This document shows, piece after piece, positions 59,575 to 64,000 of a DNA stretch of 64,000 nt. The position numbers and the translations under genes are program-made. Positions within the stretch are counted from its first letter, which is position 1. The number at the start of each line of letters is the position of its first letter. The notes below the pieces were generated by a model, which saw nothing but the letters and a program-made list of their open reading frames with translations, was not told where the DNA came from and did no database searches. Source of the stretch: the human T2T-CHM13v2.0 reference genome, Homo sapiens; NCBI RefSeq assembly GCF_009914755.1, contig NC_060933.1; one strand, given 5' to 3'.

Positions 59575-60560
59575 GTTAAGAGGCTGGGCTTTGGAGCTAG
59601 GCAAATCTACTAGTATGTAATTTTTGGCAAATCCTGTTTCTTCTTCTGTAAAATGGGGCCGTGCCACCTACTTCCTAGGGCTGTTGTAAGGATTACATAA
59701 AATAATCCCTGTTACAGAGAAGTTAGCAGCTTTCACAGACCCTAACAGGGAAATTAGAGAAAGAGTCCCTGCCTCTGCCCACAGCCAAGCACTGCCCTTT
59801 CCCAGCTCCATCCCATCTGTGACCCTGTCCCCAGGATCCGTGGAAGACCTGGATCTTGTTCCTGGGCAATCTGGGGAATCACAATGTCAGAGCCAGAAGA
59901 GATTTAGGGATCATTCTAGTCCAGTATCTGTCTTGCACAGATGTAGGGACTGAGGCCCGGAGAGAAAAGGAAACCTCATATGTCAACACAGTATGGGAGA
60001 GCCTGGTCTCCAGACTCAGAAACCTGGTCCTTTCCCCTTATAGTTAGAGACCCTGGTCCAGGATGAAAACCCTTCCTCAAACCTCTGGCTTGGAGCTGCT
60101 AGGATAGGAAATGGGAGAATGGGAGCCAAGTCATCTCTCCAGGACTGGCCCAAGCCTGGTCCCAGGCAACCGGAGGGGATGAGCCCCCAGGCCAATGAGA
60201 GCTGTCCAAAGGTGGAGTAGGCTGCCCGATTATGAGAACCATCTCTAGGGTTCACTGAGTGCCTCCTGGCTTTACAACACATCAGCTAGCTCATCTATCT
60301 TTGGGAAGGTGTTCTGTTGTTAACGCCATTTTACTGATAAGGAAACATAGTTACAAAGGAGGGCAGTGACTTCTGACTCCTAAGCAAAAGATCGACCCGG
60401 AAGTGCAAGATCTGTTCGCCGCCCCACCCCTACGCTGCCTGCGGGACTATACCGGGAGGGCCCAATCGGTAGAGGAGTGTGGGTGGTTCCTGGGGTGCTG
60501 GGGTGGGGTGGGGTGGGAAAGGGCTGGGGGCAGAGGTGCCAGGCGGAGCAGGTTGGGTAC

Positions 60561-60781
60561 CGTTCTCGGCGGCCCTCTTGAGGTTCTCAATCATGGTGTC
60601 GTAGTGGATGCGGCAGAGCACCTTCTCCTCGACCAGGCCGAACTCCTCACCAGTGGACAGCTGGCGCTTGCACGAGAAGCAGGCGAAGCAGGCCAGGTGG
60701 TAGGCGTTGCCGCGAGCTCTCCGCACCCAGTCGCTGGCGTAGATCTGTCGGCCGCACCGGGCACACTTGGTCCCGAATCGG
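60561..60781 (-). CDS. LHX6: LHX6 second LIM domain exon ([13 protein letters not shown]...[15 protein letters not shown])
   Basis: C-x2-C...H-x2-C-x2-C-x2-C...C-x2-H LIM pattern; acceptor CTGCAG at 60782, donor G|GTACCC; 221 nt. Confidence 0.97.
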
Positions 60782-62479
60782 CTGCAGGTCGAGAGGACAG
60801 GCACGGGGTGTCGAGACTCAGACAGGCCAACCTTCCTCCTTCCACCACCCAATGGCCCGCCAGCCCCCAGGCTCCTGGCCTCTAAGTCTTCAACTCAGGC
60901 ATTAGCCTTAGCTTGGACGCAACAACACTCTACACCTAGTCCCACCTAGGAGATGAACTGGTGGGTGATTTTTATTTTCTTCTTGGTGTTTTTCTGAATT
61001 TTCCAAATTTTCTACGATGGTCACTTATATTTGCATATTAATTTGTTTGTTAAAAATACATCACAAGTTAGAAAAAACACAATAATAGTAATAATAAGCA
61101 AGTTGTTGAGCACTTACCACTTGCCCAGCAAGATTCTAATTGTTTTACATTGATTATCCCAATTAATCCTCATTTTGCAGGTGAGGAAAATGGGGACTAG
61201 AGAGGTAAAGTAACTTGCAGGAGGTCACACCGCTTGCAATGATAGGAACCCTAGCGATCCTGCTCCAGAGATGAATATAAGCTATAGCGCCAGCTGTACA
61301 GAAGTGCAGTTTCTTAGATGAACAGACAGATAAGCACTTACTGACTTTGTGACACTAGGCAAACTGTTTAACTCTGAGTTCTCGTTTTCCTTGTCCTGCA
61401 CTGAACTAGATGACAACAGCAATGACTACTACTGTTTGTTTAGTGCTTTGCAGTTGGCTAAGTACCCAGCAAGTCCCTCTGGAGCCTGTGACATTCTATT
61501 AATAATACCAAATGTTAAAAAGACAAAAATAAAAATAAAAAGCCCAGATCGAATGTCTTCTTGCCCCTCAAGCCTTCCTTGATTCTACGACTTCTCCTTC
61601 TCCCTTCTGGTTTTGTAGTCTGGCAATTTGGGTGCAGCTGCCTCCAACACCAGACTGGAAGCCCCTCCAGGAGGCAGCGGAGTCTGGTTTACTCCATCCC
61701 AGAAGTCAGCCCAGGGCCTGATCCCGGGCACCAGGGAAAGTGTGTTCTTTAAAGTGGATGACTCACCTGTGACTCTGTCCCAACCCTAGCAGCCTGTTTC
61801 CTCTGGTACACCCTCTATTTCAGAGAATGGTGCCACCACTTACCCAGCCCCTGAAGCTTGAAAATCATAATCATGCACTCCTCTCTCTCCTCAACCCCTC
61901 ATCCAGCCAATCATCGATGCTGTTGGTTCTGTTTCCCAAGTATCTCTGGGATCCATCTCCTTCTCACCATCTCCACTGTTGCCCTCCTAGGCCAGGCTCC
62001 CATCATGCAACCCTCACTGTCAACCTCCTCCCCGGTCTCCCTGTTTCCAGTCTCGCCCCTGCCAACCCATCCTCCACAGAGCAGTCAAAGCAAAGTTTCC
62101 AGCATGCACATGAAATCCTGTTTCTGCCTTGCTTACAATCCTATGGTGGCTCCACTCTACCCTCAGGATCTGGTCCAAAACCCTTGGGGTTTGCAAAACC
62201 CAAGCGACCACATCCTCTTCAGGCCCATCTCCTCCCTAACCTTCAAGATATGCCGCCCCACCATCCAGGCATGTGTCCCAGTCAGCCACAATGGAAGGTC
62301 ACTCCCAGGTCTTTATGGCCTCCTCTGAAGCACTTTCCCACCCCCAGGCCTTTGCACTGACCTACCCTCCCCCAGAGTCCCACGGCACCCTGCACCGCTC
62401 TCTCAGCGCTGACCACACTGGTTTGTAAATGTTTCGTTTCTGGCTCTTCTCTTCCACCCCTTCCACCTTCCCAGAGTTG

Positions 62480-64000
62480 GGGTCCCGGGGTTGGGTGTGG
62501 GGGACCAAGAAGATTTGCCTCTGCGTCCCCAGGGCGGGCACCCCTCCACCCGGGGGAGCATTCGGAATCGCTTGTGTGTGCACGGAGGAAACAGTCCGGC
62601 AAAAAGGCTCTGGTTACAGCCTGCCTGCCTTGGCAAATTCAAGCAACTGTCAGTTGAAAAAAACAGCGTTGGGTTGGACTGAGTGCAGGAGCCCAGAGGC
62701 TTCTGCCAGTCTCCGCTCGCAGATTCAACCCCAACCCTACTGTCTCCAACGAGGAGCGCGACAGGACCCTTCCGCAGGCGGCGCGGTTCCCTCAGGAGGC
62801 GCAGAGCACCTTCGTTGAATCCACCGCTCCCCTAAGCACAGGCGGTTCCGGACCTCGGAAACGCGGCTTCCCCAGCGGAGTGTCCAGCCCAGACCACGGT
62901 CTCTGTTCCCCGTCCCGCAGTAAAGGGGAGAGGAAACAGCTTTGCCCAACCCAGCCTACTCCCCCTCGAAGAGCCGACCCCGGGTTCCGCCACCCGGCTG
63001 GTGGTATCCGGATTGGGAGCACTTTCTGGCCTCTGAGGGGAGGCTGGCTTCCGATTATTTGTGCTGCGGGAGGAGGGGGAGCCCAGCCGCGCGTAGAGAC
63101 CTTACTACGGGCCGGGGTCCTGGGGCTCAACGTTGCGCCACCTCGGCTTCGTCGCAACCCGGTGAGGTGGGGACTCTGGCATCCGGTTTTCATAGGAGGA
63201 ATCGAAGGTTCAGAGCCGGCGAGTGATTTGCCGGAAACTCCACAGGGTATGAGGCTGGGGTTGAGACCCCCTCCAAGGTGCAAAAAGTACCTAGAACCTG
63301 CGGAGCAACTGGACTGGCGACGAGGAAAGCTGGAATCCCGCATGGATGAACAGGAAGCGGGGCTGGTCTGGCAGCGCCGCGTCCTCTCTCCGGGCCGCTG
63401 ATTCTGGAATCTCCAGCGCGGGGCCAAGGGCCCACGCTCCTGGAGAAGGCGGTGAGTGCGTCCTCAGGGAGCGGACAGAGCCGGAGCAGGAAAGGTCATG
63501 GCCATCAGAAGCCGGGCAAGAGCGGCTGAGCCTTCTGTGCGCTTGGCTCGTGGGATTCTTTCCCCCTTGGCCAGGGACACGTCAAAGACTCTCCGCGCAC
63601 CGCGATCTTCCTGTCCCGCGAGTCCCCGACGCCCGAGTCCGTTCTGCGCCTACACAGGTAGGTCAGTCACAGTGTCCTCATACCCTTGGTCCGAGGTAGG
63701 CGCCGCTAGTGAACTCTCAGCAACTTTCTCATGCTCCGCGTGTCTCCCGAAATGCTGGAAGCTGTCCCAGCTCTAGGATCCTCCTGTGCTCCTCGTGGCT
63801 CAGCTCAGTTTACGAAATCGTCCTCGCGCCAGATCCTTGAGGTGGGGTTAGGGGGGATTATGTAGGTTTGGTTGCATTGCAGACTGCCCTGCAGCGTGTC
63901 CCTCACCCAGGACAGGAGTCAGCAGCACGAAGGGCGCGAGGAGGCTTATCGATCCAGGCTCCGACAGAACGACAGACTCCTTCCCAGGCGGGCTGCGAGG
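62480..64000. promoter_or_regulatory. Intronic CpG island in LHX6 (continues past the window edge)
   Basis: Dense CpG, repeat-free, no recognisable coding exon. Confidence 0.8.

Noticed and set aside
61761-61769. Perfect minus-strand donor CAG|GTGAGT in an LHX6 intron
   Set aside because: It lies at the edge of an L2-like fragment and I found no convincing upstream acceptor, so no exon is supported.
62792-63776. Long ORFs on both strands in the CpG island
   Set aside because: Expected from stop-codon scarcity in GC-rich DNA; no recognisable LIM1 or other domain.

Overview
This is eukaryotic (human/primate) genomic DNA, recognisable as the NDUFA8 - MORN5 - LHX6 locus (human 9q33.2). It holds three genes. 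(1) NDUFA8: first coding exon on the minus strand, head-to-head with MORN5 across a ~300-bp CpG-rich bidirectional promoter that carries a perfect NRF1 palindrome and RFX-like X-boxes. (2) MORN5: complete 5-exon CDS on the plus strand, 161 aa, with a 25-kb last intron. (3) LHX6: 3' two-thirds on the minus strand (LIM2 exon, three homeobox exons, a 104-nt frame-switching cassette exon, last exon and ~2.1-kb 3' UTR), converging on MORN5. The rest is mostly Alu, MIR/L2, L1, MaLR/ERVL LTRs and hAT fossils, and almost all entries in the ORF track are repeat or GC artefacts. I see no unknown gene system. The best leads are regulatory and splicing-level: repeat-free homeodomain/SOX-rich blocks inside MORN5 intron 4 (candidate LHX6 enhancers), an RFX+forkhead palindrome pair, recursive-splice-type AG|GT exons in both genes, a terminal LHX6 exon usable in multiple frames, inverted Alus around the LHX6 cassette exon, and a possible intragenic promoter giving a LIM-less LHX6.
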